This document shows positions 30,209-39,997 of a stretch of 64,000 bases of DNA, piece by piece. The stretch's first letter is position 1. Every line of letters begins with the position of its first letter. The notes beneath the pieces are model-generated. The model was given only the letters and a program-made list of their open reading frames with translations. It ran no database searches and was not told the origin of the DNA. Both the position numbers and the translations under genes were made by a program. The stretch is from Candidatus Heimdallarchaeota archaeon (GTDB taxonomy: Archaea; Asgardarchaeota; Heimdallarchaeia; Heimdallarchaeales; Heimdallarchaeaceae), in contig JABCTC010000019.1 of NCBI GenBank assembly GCA_018238545.1, positions 1-64,000 on the forward strand. Direction: 5' to 3'.

Positions 30209-31078
30209 CTACTCAGCTCTTTTTACGATTTTTCTTGCTTCAAGATATAGTTTAAATCTTTGGAATGCATGGATCCTTATAGCAACAATTAGTCCAACCA
30301 CAAAAATAAATATCGGTATCCAAACAACTAATGTGCTTATGTTATAGGGTAATCCCCAACCATGCAATCTAGTTAATGTGAAGTTTACTCCAGCAAAATG
30401 ACCTGTAGTGTTTGTGAAACTTGCAGAATAGAACATTTTATCCATTATACCTGTTTCTCTGTCATAAACCATAGAAATATCTGTCACATTATTAACTTCA
30501 GTTATGGTTGTACAATTGTAAGTTACTTTATCATTTTCAAATGTCCAATATGATTTATCTACAGCAACAGAAGTTTCAAGGTAGGAGAAATAACTAGTAT
30601 AATTAATACCATGTTCAGAGAGATCCAAGGTTATTGGTAAAATATATTTAAACACAGCATAAATTCGAGTATTGAGATTAGGATAACGAGCCATTACGTC
30701 ATTAACATATATTTGACACCATGCATCAACATTGGGTAATTGTAAATATGGGTCTGTACCAATTTGAAGGATTATATTGTCTCCGTTTTTTATGTTTTTG
30801 TCTCCTTCTGCAATATGAAAATTATCAGTTTTTTCATAATGTCCTACTTTCCATTTTAATTTAGCATCTTTTTTTACACTTGGACCATATGTAACATTAT
30901 TAAGGAATGTTGTATTGAATGTTTCAGGAGCGTCAATTGATTCGAAAAGATCCTCTTCGGTTGTGCTTGCTATATTGGAGCCTTGTTGATACATTGCACT
31001 TCCAAGTGAAGAATTAGCAAGTATTAGAATTGTGAAACTTATAATTGATGTTATTGCGAATAGTTTAGATTTTTTCAT
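30209..31078 (-). CDS. Secreted/membrane-anchored surface glycoprotein of unknown function
   Basis: Signal peptide, sequons, YDRETGIM, C-terminal TM + basic tail. Confidence 0.7.
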   Translation of the reverse strand: MKKSKLFAITSIISFTILILANSSLGSAMYQQGSNIASTTEEDLFESIDAPETFNTTFLNNVTYGPSVKKDAKLKWKVGHYEKTDNFHIAEGDKNIKNGDNIILQIGTDPYLQLPNVDAWCQIYVNDVMARYPNLNTRIYAVFKYILPITLDLSEHGINYTSYFSYLETSVAVDKSYWTFENDKVTYNCTTITEVNNVTDISMVYDRETGIMDKMFYSASFTNTTGHFAGVNFTLTRLHGWGLPYNISTLVVWIPIFIFVVGLIVAIRIHAFQRFKLYLEARKIVKRAE

Positions 31079-31171
31079 ATTTATCCCAATTTCCTATTAA
31101 TATTCTCGTTTTATCGTTCAATATCACACATTTTAAAAGATTTTGGTTAATCCCCTTTCTATTCTAAAGCA

Positions 31172-31891
31172 TTAGGGCTTTACAGTGAAATATAGCCTTT
31201 TGTTATTCTTTCCCCTACTTTCTGATTTAAGTGAAACAAACTCACCAATTTCATTTGTATTAGCAACGTGTACTCCACCATCTGCCTGTATATCCACTTC
31301 TTTTATTTCAACAATTCTGAGTGTTTTAACACTCTCTGGAATCAGGTTCACTTTCGTTCTAATTAGATCAGGAATTTTTAGTGCTTCTTCTCGTTTCATA
31401 TAAGAAACAGAAACAGGGTGATCTCCAGCTATAATTTTATTAATTTCTAGTACAATTTCCTCTACTCTTTCTTGTCTCAAATGATCGATTTCAAAATCCA
31501 CTCTACTTTTGTCAGGAGTTATATTCCCACCAGTGACTGTAGAACCATATTTTTTGAATAATATTCCAGATAAAACATGAATAGCTGTGTGCATCTTCAT
31601 TTGCCTATAGCGTGTCTCCCAGTTTATTGAGCAGGAAACTTTCTTGTTTAACAAGCCCTTCTGTGGTGGCGGTGAGAGTTTATGTAACACTTTGCCTCCT
31701 TTGAAATATGCTTCTATCATCTTATATTTCTCACTTGAAGTTGTTTCTAGATGACCTGTATCACTCTGTAAACCACCACCACGATAAGCAAAAGCTGTTT
31801 GGTTTAGAACAACAGTGTCCTCTATAATTTCTTCGATTTCTGCTTCAAATTCCTTAATGTAAGAATCATCATGAAAGAGTAATTTTGTCAT
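31172..31891 (-). CDS. alaX: Alanyl-tRNA editing protein AlaX-M
   Basis: TAFAYRGGGLQSDTG, HTAIH, QADGGVHV; probable start MTKLLFH at 31891. Confidence 0.93.
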   Translation of the reverse strand: MTKLLFHDDSYIKEFEAEIEEIIEDTVVLNQTAFAYRGGGLQSDTGHLETTSSEKYKMIEAYFKGGKVLHKLSPPPQKGLLNKKVSCSINWETRYRQMKMHTAIHVLSGILFKKYGSTVTGGNITPDKSRVDFEIDHLRQERVEEIVLEINKIIAGDHPVSVSYMKREEALKIPDLIRTKVNLIPESVKTLRIVEIKEVDIQADGGVHVANTNEIGEFVSLKSESRGKNNKRLYFTVKP

Positions 31892-31966
31892 TATTAACTT
31901 CCAGACAAATGAAATAAAAAATCTTGTGGAAAAAGAGATTGATTTTCGCAACTTAATTTATTTGAA

Positions 31967-33751
31967 TTACTCAGTTATAACATCTGTTAATTCAAATTTG
32001 TCAACGTCCATTAATCCCTGATCTGTAAGTTTCAAGTGGGGTATAACAGGTAACGCAACAAAAGCTAATGCCATGAAAGCATCAGATATCTTGGGTGTTA
32101 ATTTTTCTAGAGCCTCTTTTAAACGCTTGTAATCGGCAATTACATCCTCATATCTCTTTACACTCATAATTCCAGCAAATTCTAATGGTAAGACAGTATT
32201 TTCTTCTTCTGTGATAACAACCAGTCCACCATTTGAGCTTTTCAATTCCCAAATTGCTTCAATCATCATATTGTAATCAGTACCTATACATATTAGCTGA
32301 TGACAATCATGTGCAACTGTACTTGCAATTGCACCATTTTTTATCCCTAAACCCTTTACAAATCCCTTTCCAATGAATTGTTCACTCGTATGCCTGTTCA
32401 TAACTATTACTGGAAGAACATCATTTTCCAAATCTGGAACTATAAATTTTTCCACAACTTTGAGTTCTGAAACCAAACTATTAGTAAGTAGAGAATGCTC
32501 ATTTAGACCAATTGTTCGCACTTTCACTTTTTCTTTCTCAGGAACCATGAACATAATGTCTGCTAACTGAGGGATTTCGAGATTGGTCATAGTATTAACA
32601 ACAAATTTAGGATACTTATCATCTTTAAATTTCAATTTAAGCTCTCCTTCCTCGAACTGAATCTGACCTTCAATTATTGTAGTGATTACGTTAAAATCTC
32701 TCAAATTATCTACAATAATCACATCAGCTATTTTACCGGGTGCAATAGAACCAATTTCATTGTCTAATCCTAAATGAGTTGCAGGATTTATTGTGAGCAT
32801 TTGAAGAACTGTCATAGGATCCATACCAGCGTTAACAGCTAATCTAAAAGAATAATCAAGATGACCTTTATCAAATAGATCAACAGGGTTCCTGTCATCG
32901 GAAGCAATCATTATGTTTCTAGTGTCAATTTCCATTTCTTTTAATTCTTGAACCACATTCGATAAATCCTTAGCAAATGAACCTTCTCTTAGTTGTATTT
33001 TCATACCTAAACGTAATTTTTCAATAATTTCTTCCACACTAGAGGCTTCATGATCAGATGAGATTCCAGCGGCAATATAGGCTTGCAATTCTTTCCCTTT
33101 TAAGAGAGGAGCATGTCCTTCAATTAGCTTTCCAACATTTTTTGCTGCATCAATTTTTGCTAAGACTTCTTTATCGGTAAATAATACACCGGGATAGTTC
33201 ATCATCTCAGCTAATGCAAAAATATCTTCTCGTTCCATTAATTTCGTAATTGCTGCAGAATTAAGCTCTGCCCCAGAAGTTTCAAATCCAGGTAAAGATG
33301 GGACACAGGAAGGAGCTTCGACCAAAAATCGAATGGGTGACTTTTTAGCTTGCTCTAGGAAAACTTCCAGTCCTTGAACTCCTACAACATTAGCAAGTTC
33401 ATGGGGATCTATTACACAAGTGGTTGTTCCATGAGGAATAACAGCCCTCGAAAATTGTGTTATAGATAACATAGAAGATTCTACATGAATGTGAGATTCG
33501 ATTAAACCAGGACATATTATTTTTCCTTCTAAATCGATTATTCTAGTCTTTCTACCTTCAAAATCTGCAGTGTCTTTTCCTACATGGCTGATGTAACCAG
33601 TTGTTATAACAACATCAGATTTAAGTATCTCCTTGGTTAAGACATTAACTACTAACCCGCCCCTAAGTATAATATCAGCTTTAATTTTCCCTAAAGCACT
33701 TTCGATTTTTGCTTTTGTATTCATTGAAGATACCAATGAAGACAAATTCAA
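31967..33751 (-). CDS. ade: Adenine deaminase
   Basis: HIHVESS, DPHELANV, EMMNYPGV, SDHE, SDDR, AHDCH, LPVIPHLKLTD. Confidence 0.96.
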   Translation of the reverse strand: MNLSSLVSSMNTKAKIESALGKIKADIILRGGLVVNVLTKEILKSDVVITTGYISHVGKDTADFEGRKTRIIDLEGKIICPGLIESHIHVESSMLSITQFSRAVIPHGTTTCVIDPHELANVVGVQGLEVFLEQAKKSPIRFLVEAPSCVPSLPGFETSGAELNSAAITKLMEREDIFALAEMMNYPGVLFTDKEVLAKIDAAKNVGKLIEGHAPLLKGKELQAYIAAGISSDHEASSVEEIIEKLRLGMKIQLREGSFAKDLSNVVQELKEMEIDTRNIMIASDDRNPVDLFDKGHLDYSFRLAVNAGMDPMTVLQMLTINPATHLGLDNEIGSIAPGKIADVIIVDNLRDFNVITTIIEGQIQFEEGELKLKFKDDKYPKFVVNTMTNLEIPQLADIMFMVPEKEKVKVRTIGLNEHSLLTNSLVSELKVVEKFIVPDLENDVLPVIVMNRHTSEQFIGKGFVKGLGIKNGAIASTVAHDCHQLICIGTDYNMMIEAIWELKSSNGGLVVITEEENTVLPLEFAGIMSVKRYEDVIADYKRLKEALEKLTPKISDAFMALAFVALPVIPHLKLTDQGLMDVDKFELTDVITE

Positions 33752-33833
33752 GATATGATATAAACTTTAAGACATCAATCATTAAACAAATTTATAAGCG
33801 ATAAAGTCCGCAATTTGCTTAGAAAGTGCTCAA

Positions 33834-34694
33834 ATGAAAATTGGTGTCATAACAGATTCAGCAGCAGATTTACCAGAGGAATTAATGGAAAAGCACAACG
33901 TAGCAATAATCCCACATGTTGTTTACTTTGATGACAAATATTGGAAGCTTGGTGTTGACATTTCTGTCGATGATTTTTATAATGTAATAAGAACCAGAGA
34001 TTTAATTCCCCCAACAACAAATCCTGAACCAAGCGATTTTGCTGAAAAATTAAAAGAAGGTTTTGAACATCATGGTTATGAACACATTTTCTCTGTTTCT
34101 GTTTCAAGTGAACTAAGTGGATCAACCTTCAATTCACACAGGATAGCTGCTAAGAAATTCAAAGAAAAAGTCACAGTTATTGATACTCAATCAGCTTCTG
34201 GAGTTCAAGGCTTAATAATCTTAAGAATATTCGATTTAAGCACCAAAGGCGCAAAAGTTGAAGAAATTAAAAAATATGTTAATAAGATAAAGAAAAACTA
34301 TTTCTTAGATGTTGGTTTTCATTCATTGGACAACGTCTATAAATCGGGACGATTGAAGTCAAAATTTATTTTGAATTTAACAAAAGCAATCAAGATAAAA
34401 CCAGTAGCTATAATGGAAAAACCTGGTGTTTTACAAAATACTTTGCCTGGATTTTTTACAAATAAGTCAATGGCTAAACGTTTAGCTAATCTTGCAATAA
34501 AAAACGTGGATAAATCTCTTTCATATGATTTGGTCATTTCTCATGTCGAAAACCAAGAAGGAGTTGATCAAATAATTAAGAAACTGTGCAAAAAACTAAA
34601 AGTTGACAGATATTTTGTTACTCCTGCATCGCCAATAATTGGTACATCAACTGGTATTGGAACAATCATCGTATCTCTTCTTCCTTCTGAATAG
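33834..34694 (+). CDS. DegV family fatty-acid-binding protein
   Basis: VITDSAADLP, SSELSG, VIDTQSAS, SGRL, IIG..TG.G. Confidence 0.92.
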   Translation: MKIGVITDSAADLPEELMEKHNVAIIPHVVYFDDKYWKLGVDISVDDFYNVIRTRDLIPPTTNPEPSDFAEKLKEGFEHHGYEHIFSVSVSSELSGSTFNSHRIAAKKFKEKVTVIDTQSASGVQGLIILRIFDLSTKGAKVEEIKKYVNKIKKNYFLDVGFHSLDNVYKSGRLKSKFILNLTKAIKIKPVAIMEKPGVLQNTLPGFFTNKSMAKRLANLAIKNVDKSLSYDLVISHVENQEGVDQIIKKLCKKLKVDRYFVTPASPIIGTSTGIGTIIVSLLPSE

Positions 34695-34700
34695 AAACAA

Positions 34701-35564
34701 TTACAATTTTATTTTGCTTAAATATTTGTTCACTTCTTCAGCTATTAATTTCTCATTTCCTTCTTGTATTCTATGCATTGAAACATCAACTTGGAAGATT
34801 TCAGTATCTTGATGATGTGTAAACTCCTTAGATTTTTCTGGATCCACGAAGTAATCTTCTTTGGCGATAAATATGAGCATGGGAGTAGCGATTTCTTTCT
34901 GTCTTCCTGTAATATTGTAGGAAATAATGAACTCCACAACATACCTTCGAAGACTCCATGCATCATTTTTTTTCAGACGATCCTCTGCCCATGTAACATT
35001 TTCTGATTCTTCTTTACTTCGGATTTTTACGTAGAACCTATAAAACACGATTATGAGTTTCTGTATGAAACTCATAAAAAAGTTAGGAATCCAACCGAGG
35101 AGTGGGAGCCAAAAAGGCGTTTTATAATGTTCTTGGGGGCTGAAAATCACTAATGCGTTTGGTTTTTTACCAATACCATCCAATACATAACTAAAAACCA
35201 TTGCCGCGCCGGAACAACTACCTAATAGAATGAAATCATTGTTTTTAAGTTTAAGATAATCTAAAACTATTTTTAGTTCTTTTTTATACTCATCAACAGT
35301 AAAAAGGCCTTTCTTGTGAGGAGTAAGCGATTCACCAAATCCTCTAGGTTCGTAAATAAAGATATTGCCATAAACTTGTAATGCTTTGGCTGTTGTTGTG
35401 AAATTATCGATAGCGCTTAACCATCCTGGAACGATAATTATATTTCTGTTCGAATGTTTTTCATTCGTACATGGAAACTTTGCAACTCTGATTTTTACCT
35501 CAGGGTCAGTGTGTGTTTTTACAACATCTATAATTTCATTCATTAACAATGACAAAGTATTCAA
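34701..35564 (-). CDS. Alpha/beta hydrolase with Cys at the nucleophile elbow; paralog-like to 11361..12257
   Basis: IIVPGW, EPRGFGES, GSCSG. Confidence 0.82.
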   Translation of the reverse strand: MNTLSLLMNEIIDVVKTHTDPEVKIRVAKFPCTNEKHSNRNIIIVPGWLSAIDNFTTTAKALQVYGNIFIYEPRGFGESLTPHKKGLFTVDEYKKELKIVLDYLKLKNNDFILLGSCSGAAMVFSYVLDGIGKKPNALVIFSPQEHYKTPFWLPLLGWIPNFFMSFIQKLIIVFYRFYVKIRSKEESENVTWAEDRLKKNDAWSLRRYVVEFIISYNITGRQKEIATPMLIFIAKEDYFVDPEKSKEFTHHQDTEIFQVDVSMHRIQEGNEKLIAEEVNKYLSKIKL

Positions 35565-35608
35565 CCATTTAATTTTTTCTGAAAAAAATAAAAATAATGA
35601 GAAAGAGG

Positions 35609-36292
35609 TTATTTCTCAGGATTTTCTTTGTGACATAGCCACCAATCTAAGCATTCTATGGTTTCATCTGCAAGTCTTTCTTTTGCTTTTTCCACAGTTC
35701 CTGCTGGAGGAATGATAACATGATCTCCGAATAGCTCATTTTCTGGCCAGTTTGCAGGCATTGCCACAGAGTGTTTGTCAGCAATTTTTAAAGCTTTAAC
35801 TATTCTGACAATTTCTTTCATATTTCTTCCAATTTCAGAAGGATAGTAGAGTATAGTTCTGACGATTCCTTTAGGATCCAAGATGAAAACTGCTCTTACT
35901 GTATTGGAACCTTTAGCATGTAGCATTCCAAGTTGTCTAGCGACCTCTCCATGGTCTGCAATAATTGGGAATTTTATTTCAACGTCTAAATTCTCTTTGA
36001 TCCAGTCAACCCATTTAATATGACTATAAACTTGATCTATGCTTAAACCTATCAATTCTGCATTCATAGCTGCAAATTCGTCATAATGTTTTTGAAAAGA
36101 AACAAATTCAGTTGTACAAACAGGTGTATAATCAGCAGGATGGCTAAACAATATTAACCATTTTCCTTTGTAATCATGTGGTAATCTTTTCAGTCCATGA
36201 GTTGTATTCACGGCCATCTTTGGAAACATTGTTCCGATTAGAGGGATTTTTCCAGTTTCTTCATATTCTTTTAGTGACATATCATTCACCAA
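35609..36292 (-). CDS. Peroxiredoxin (Prx6/archaeal type)
   Basis: [31 protein letters not shown]. Confidence 0.96.
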   Translation of the reverse strand: MVNDMSLKEYEETGKIPLIGTMFPKMAVNTTHGLKRLPHDYKGKWLILFSHPADYTPVCTTEFVSFQKHYDEFAAMNAELIGLSIDQVYSHIKWVDWIKENLDVEIKFPIIADHGEVARQLGMLHAKGSNTVRAVFILDPKGIVRTILYYPSEIGRNMKEIVRIVKALKIADKHSVAMPANWPENELFGDHVIIPPAGTVEKAKERLADETIECLDWWLCHKENPEK

Positions 36293-36307
36293 TTTGACAA
36301 AAGAAAA

Positions 36308-36358
36308 TTTTTATATAAGTCTTTTCGAATATCAAAACAAGGTGGTTTGAATTTCGAA
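36308..36358. promoter_or_regulatory. TATA box plus 35-bp imperfect inverted repeat in the prx/lrpA divergent promoter
   Basis: TTTATATA near 36310; TTCGAATATCAAA-N9-TTTGAATTTCGAA at 36324-36358 (11/13 match). Confidence 0.55.
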
Positions 36359-36389
36359 CAATTCTTCTAGTAAAAATAAAACATCTAAT

Positions 36390-36794
36390 ATGGCTGTGAT
36401 TAAAAAATTATTGAGAAATGGACGAAAATCTTTCGTTGACATCGCTAGTGAATTGAATGTTACTGAAACTGCTGTTCGTAAAAGAGTCAAGAAGATGGAG
36501 GAAGAAGGGATTATTACTGGATATTCTGTTGAGATAAATCCACGAGAATTAGGTTTTGGCGTAAAAGCTTTAATTGGTCTTGATACTACACCTCAAAGGT
36601 ATGTAGCTGTAATTCAAAACCTTAAGAAAAATGACACGATATTGAGTTTATATTCTTCTAGTGGGGATCATATGATAATGATGGAATGTTGGTTTGAAAA
36701 TGATGTGAAACTTAATGAGTTTTTAGAGCATCTTGAACAAATAAACGGAGTTATTGACATTTGCCCTACAATTATTACAGATTTAATAAAATAG
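36390..36794 (+). CDS. lrpA: Lrp/AsnC transcriptional regulator, LrpA-like
   Basis: ETAVRKRVK...GII.GY...INP..LG, LYSSSGDHMIM, ICP: closely resembles Pyrococcus LrpA. Confidence 0.88.
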   Translation: MAVIKKLLRNGRKSFVDIASELNVTETAVRKRVKKMEEEGIITGYSVEINPRELGFGVKALIGLDTTPQRYVAVIQNLKKNDTILSLYSSSGDHMIMMECWFENDVKLNEFLEHLEQINGVIDICPTIITDLIK

Positions 36795-36807
36795 GTAAAT
36801 AAGAAAA

Positions 36808-37407
36808 TTACTCATAAAGTATTTCTTTATTTTTCTTGCTTCCTTTACCAGTATTGTTAGACCTAATTGCCTTTATTATACCCCAAATAACATTAAACCG
36901 CGGAACTTCGCGTGCATAGACCTTAAATGGATAACCATATTGTTTTTCCATGTAACTGTCCTTTTCATAAGATGACAAGAAAAAGCATACTACTGATAAA
37001 ACTGCAAATACATTTGATAGAATAGAATTAGCTAGAAATATCAAAGCAAATGACAATATTACTGTACCCAGCACCATTGGATGTCTTATATACGCAAAAA
37101 CGAACAGATTTTTGAAACTATGCAAGTGTCTAGTTCCTTTTCTTTTTACCCATCTTCTTTGGTAACCCAGTAATCCTGACATTATCAGAAGTATACCAAA
37201 TAGTGTTAAACTACCTGCGATATGTTGGTAATAGGGGATTGGAAGGTATTCACCTAGCGTAAATGACATTCCTAACATCAAGAAGACATATCCAAATGCC
37301 AATACTGCTTCAAATCTGATTTCACGGTATATTGCGAAAACTAGCCAGATAACTAAGATAACAGAAAGCATTCCAATTACAATCCAATACCAAATAGCAT
37401 CAATCAC
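36808..37407 (-). CDS. Isoprenylcysteine carboxyl methyltransferase/PEMT family membrane protein
   Basis: YIRHPM; YG..F..Y...VPRF. Confidence 0.82.
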   Translation of the reverse strand: MIDAIWYWIVIGMLSVILVIWLVFAIYREIRFEAVLAFGYVFLMLGMSFTLGEYLPIPYYQHIAGSLTLFGILLIMSGLLGYQRRWVKRKGTRHLHSFKNLFVFAYIRHPMVLGTVILSFALIFLANSILSNVFAVLSVVCFFLSSYEKDSYMEKQYGYPFKVYAREVPRFNVIWGIIKAIRSNNTGKGSKKNKEILYE

Positions 37408-37490
37408 AGAAAATAATAGTAAATAGCTTTATTGAGTGTTTCTATGAGATGAAAGAGACAGTTTATTAATAGTATAGAAAAGGACATTCA

Positions 37491-38231
37491 ATGATGTCAT
37501 CAAAAACATCGCTCAAAACTAAAAACACCGCTATTCTATTAATTCATGGTTTTACGGGAACACATTATGAAATGGTTCCATTAGAAGAATTCTTAGTTAG
37601 CAAGGGATATTATGTTAGAAATATAACTCTACCAGGGCATGAAACTACTATTGAAGATATGGCTATGACTAAATGGGAAGAGTGGGTGAAATACGCTCAG
37701 AATCAACTAGAAGATCTTTGCAAGGATTATGAAAAAGTCTTCATAGGAGGTTTATCAATGGGGGGAGCAATTACTTTGTATTTAGGAGCTAATAACCCAC
37801 ATATCGCAGGGATAATAGTGATGGCTGCCCCATACAAACCTGTAGATTGGCGAATGTTAGCAGTTAGGATTTTGCCTATTCATATTTTCTTTAAATACAA
37901 AAGAAATGTTGAAACGGGCTGGGAAGACATAGATTCTTTAAAGAGTCACAAATCCTATGGGATATATCCTTTAAGAAGCATAGCTGAACTACACAAATTA
38001 TTAGTGAGAGTGAAAAAACTTGTCCCCCGAATTGCTATTCCAACTTTAGTTGTTCAAAGCAAAAATGATCTCAGTATACCCACCAAATTTCCAAGTTGGA
38101 TTTATGCTAATATTGAATCTTCCGACAGGGAATTAAAATGGATTGAAAAAGGAGGGCATGTGATTCCAAAAGATGCAGGAAGGTTCCAATTATTTGAAAT
38201 AATAGAGAAGTGGTTAGAAAATAAAAAATAA
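37491..38231 (+). CDS. Carboxylesterase / monoacylglycerol lipase-like alpha/beta hydrolase
   Basis: LIHGFTG, LPGH, GLSMGG, D, GGHVI. Confidence 0.92.
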   Translation: MMSSKTSLKTKNTAILLIHGFTGTHYEMVPLEEFLVSKGYYVRNITLPGHETTIEDMAMTKWEEWVKYAQNQLEDLCKDYEKVFIGGLSMGGAITLYLGANNPHIAGIIVMAAPYKPVDWRMLAVRILPIHIFFKYKRNVETGWEDIDSLKSHKSYGIYPLRSIAELHKLLVRVKKLVPRIAIPTLVVQSKNDLSIPTKFPSWIYANIESSDRELKWIEKGGHVIPKDAGRFQLFEIIEKWLENKK

Positions 38232-38235
38232 GTTT

Positions 38236-39303
38236 TTAGATACCCTTCGAGATTAGAATGTTTCTCAATTCTAGTACATCATTGAGTATTAGATAGAGGG
38301 CATTGTCCAATGTTCGAAATAAATCTCCGACTGTTATCATTAATTGAACATCCTTCCTACGTTCTGATTCAGCAAAAAGAGCCTTTTTTACTTTTAAATC
38401 TATTTTCTCCGCTTTCTCAAAGGTTACTAAGAAGATTTTTGATTTAGGATCACGTTTTTTCAATTCATCAATATTTCTTATATGTCTTGTCGCTGCTGTT
38501 ATATCCTCACATGAAGCTAAATAAATATAATAATCTATGTCTCTGAAATACTCTTTTCCAGCTATTGTCTCTAAGTCAAACAGAAGTGTAAGCACAATTC
38601 TCATAAAGTAAGTATCAATTCGGCTAATAAACTCATTTCTGCTAAATTCATAAATAAAATCTATATTCTGATAATGGAAGAGAGATTGAATTATTAGATT
38701 GTAAGAAAGCGAATCAGAGGTAATAATACCTATTTTGGTTCTTCGGTTAAGGAGGTTAGAAATTTGTTGAATTGTATTAAAACGAGATGCTATATCACGT
38801 ACTACATCCTCTAAACTCTTTGATTTTATCTGCTCATCTAACAAGATATTTTCAATAAGCGACTCACTTAGGGAAATCAAGTTCTTATCTGTGATTTGGT
38901 TAATATCTGTAAATTGCTGTAAGAAAGATTCAATCGTATCGAAGATTTTGCTATGTCCATACTTCACTTTCTGGTCGCACTGTTTGTCATAGATAATCAA
39001 CAATTGACAAAAGGATAAATTGTCAGTAGCCTTTGATCTCATCACTCTATTTTCAGAGTCCGCCTTACGAAAAGATACAATGAGCAGATGATATTTCCCA
39101 AAATGTGGAATAGGTAAAGGACCGTAAATCTCTAAATTAGGTGATGACGCAGAAATAACAGGGCTGTAGAAATTTCCCATGCCCATAATTTCATCTCTTG
39201 AGATATCTGGGTTAGGTATAGAACTCCTCAAAGACATTCCCATCTCATCTAAAACTAACAATGAAACATAGGGAATGAATAAAGTATCTGTCATCACAAT
39301 CAA
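38236..39303 (-). CDS. Longin/uDENN-like domain fused to a degenerate small-GTPase-like domain
   Basis: N-terminal LLVLDEMG...YGPLP...LIVSF...LLIIY pattern; C-terminal alpha/beta order KIGIITS...YYIYL...KIFLVTFEK, no Walker A. Confidence 0.5.
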   Translation of the reverse strand: MIVMTDTLFIPYVSLLVLDEMGMSLRSSIPNPDISRDEIMGMGNFYSPVISASSPNLEIYGPLPIPHFGKYHLLIVSFRKADSENRVMRSKATDNLSFCQLLIIYDKQCDQKVKYGHSKIFDTIESFLQQFTDINQITDKNLISLSESLIENILLDEQIKSKSLEDVVRDIASRFNTIQQISNLLNRRTKIGIITSDSLSYNLIIQSLFHYQNIDFIYEFSRNEFISRIDTYFMRIVLTLLFDLETIAGKEYFRDIDYYIYLASCEDITAATRHIRNIDELKKRDPKSKIFLVTFEKAEKIDLKVKKALFAESERRKDVQLMITVGDLFRTLDNALYLILNDVLELRNILISKGI

Positions 39304-39338
39304 ATTGCAGGCTTATATTAACGTAAAGTCAACTTCAA

Positions 39339-39986
39339 TTAAAAACTGTTTTCCTTATTCTTATCCTTTGTGAAAGAATCTTTATACAATTTTTCAATAT
39401 GGACTCTACCTTTCATAGGATTTTTCTCAATAATAGCTTCTAGAAAACCAAAGAGCAAGATGACACGACACAATCGGATTAAATGGTAACCTATCCCTAT
39501 ACTATCTCTTACTACCGTGCTAACAGGAATAAGAAAGATGATACTTTCATTCCAGAAAGTACTTGAAGATAAATGGAAATTTACTGATAATTCCATTGCA
39601 TAAGATATGCCTATTGCAATAGCGATTAGTACAAGCCGTACTATTCTACTATTAGAACTTGTTAGGAACTTAATTCCAGAAAGTAACTCAACATCTTGTA
39701 ACCCTACAAGCAGTGTTGCTGCAAGTAAAATCCACAGGGGAGGAGATTCATGTAAGTCTATCCAGTTTACAGCAAACCCCTCAGAATCATACATAGCGGG
39801 AGTTAGAACGCTTATAAAAGCTAGGATAAAAACTAGTAATGATAACGAGGAAGATAATCTCATCAACAAAAAAGGATAAGGCGTACTTATATAGTTTGTC
39901 TTTTTTGGTTTTAGCAATAATCTAATTATCTTGAAAACTGCTGTGAATTGCTCTTTATTGTGCATATTTAAATATAAGTCTTCCAA
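39339..39986 (-). CDS. Membrane protein of unknown function (start uncertain)
   Basis: About 4 hydrophobic segments. Confidence 0.6.
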   Translation of the reverse strand: MEDLYLNMHNKEQFTAVFKIIRLLLKPKKTNYISTPYPFLLMRLSSSLSLLVFILAFISVLTPAMYDSEGFAVNWIDLHESPPLWILLAATLLVGLQDVELLSGIKFLTSSNSRIVRLVLIAIAIGISYAMELSVNFHLSSSTFWNESIIFLIPVSTVVRDSIGIGYHLIRLCRVILLFGFLEAIIEKNPMKGRVHIEKLYKDSFTKDKNKENSF

Positions 39987-39997
39987 GATAAATTTAG

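Noticed and set aside
31172-31891. AlaX with Asp in place of the Zn-ligand Cys (QADGGVH)
   Set aside because: A recognised variant among AlaX-M proteins, not novel.
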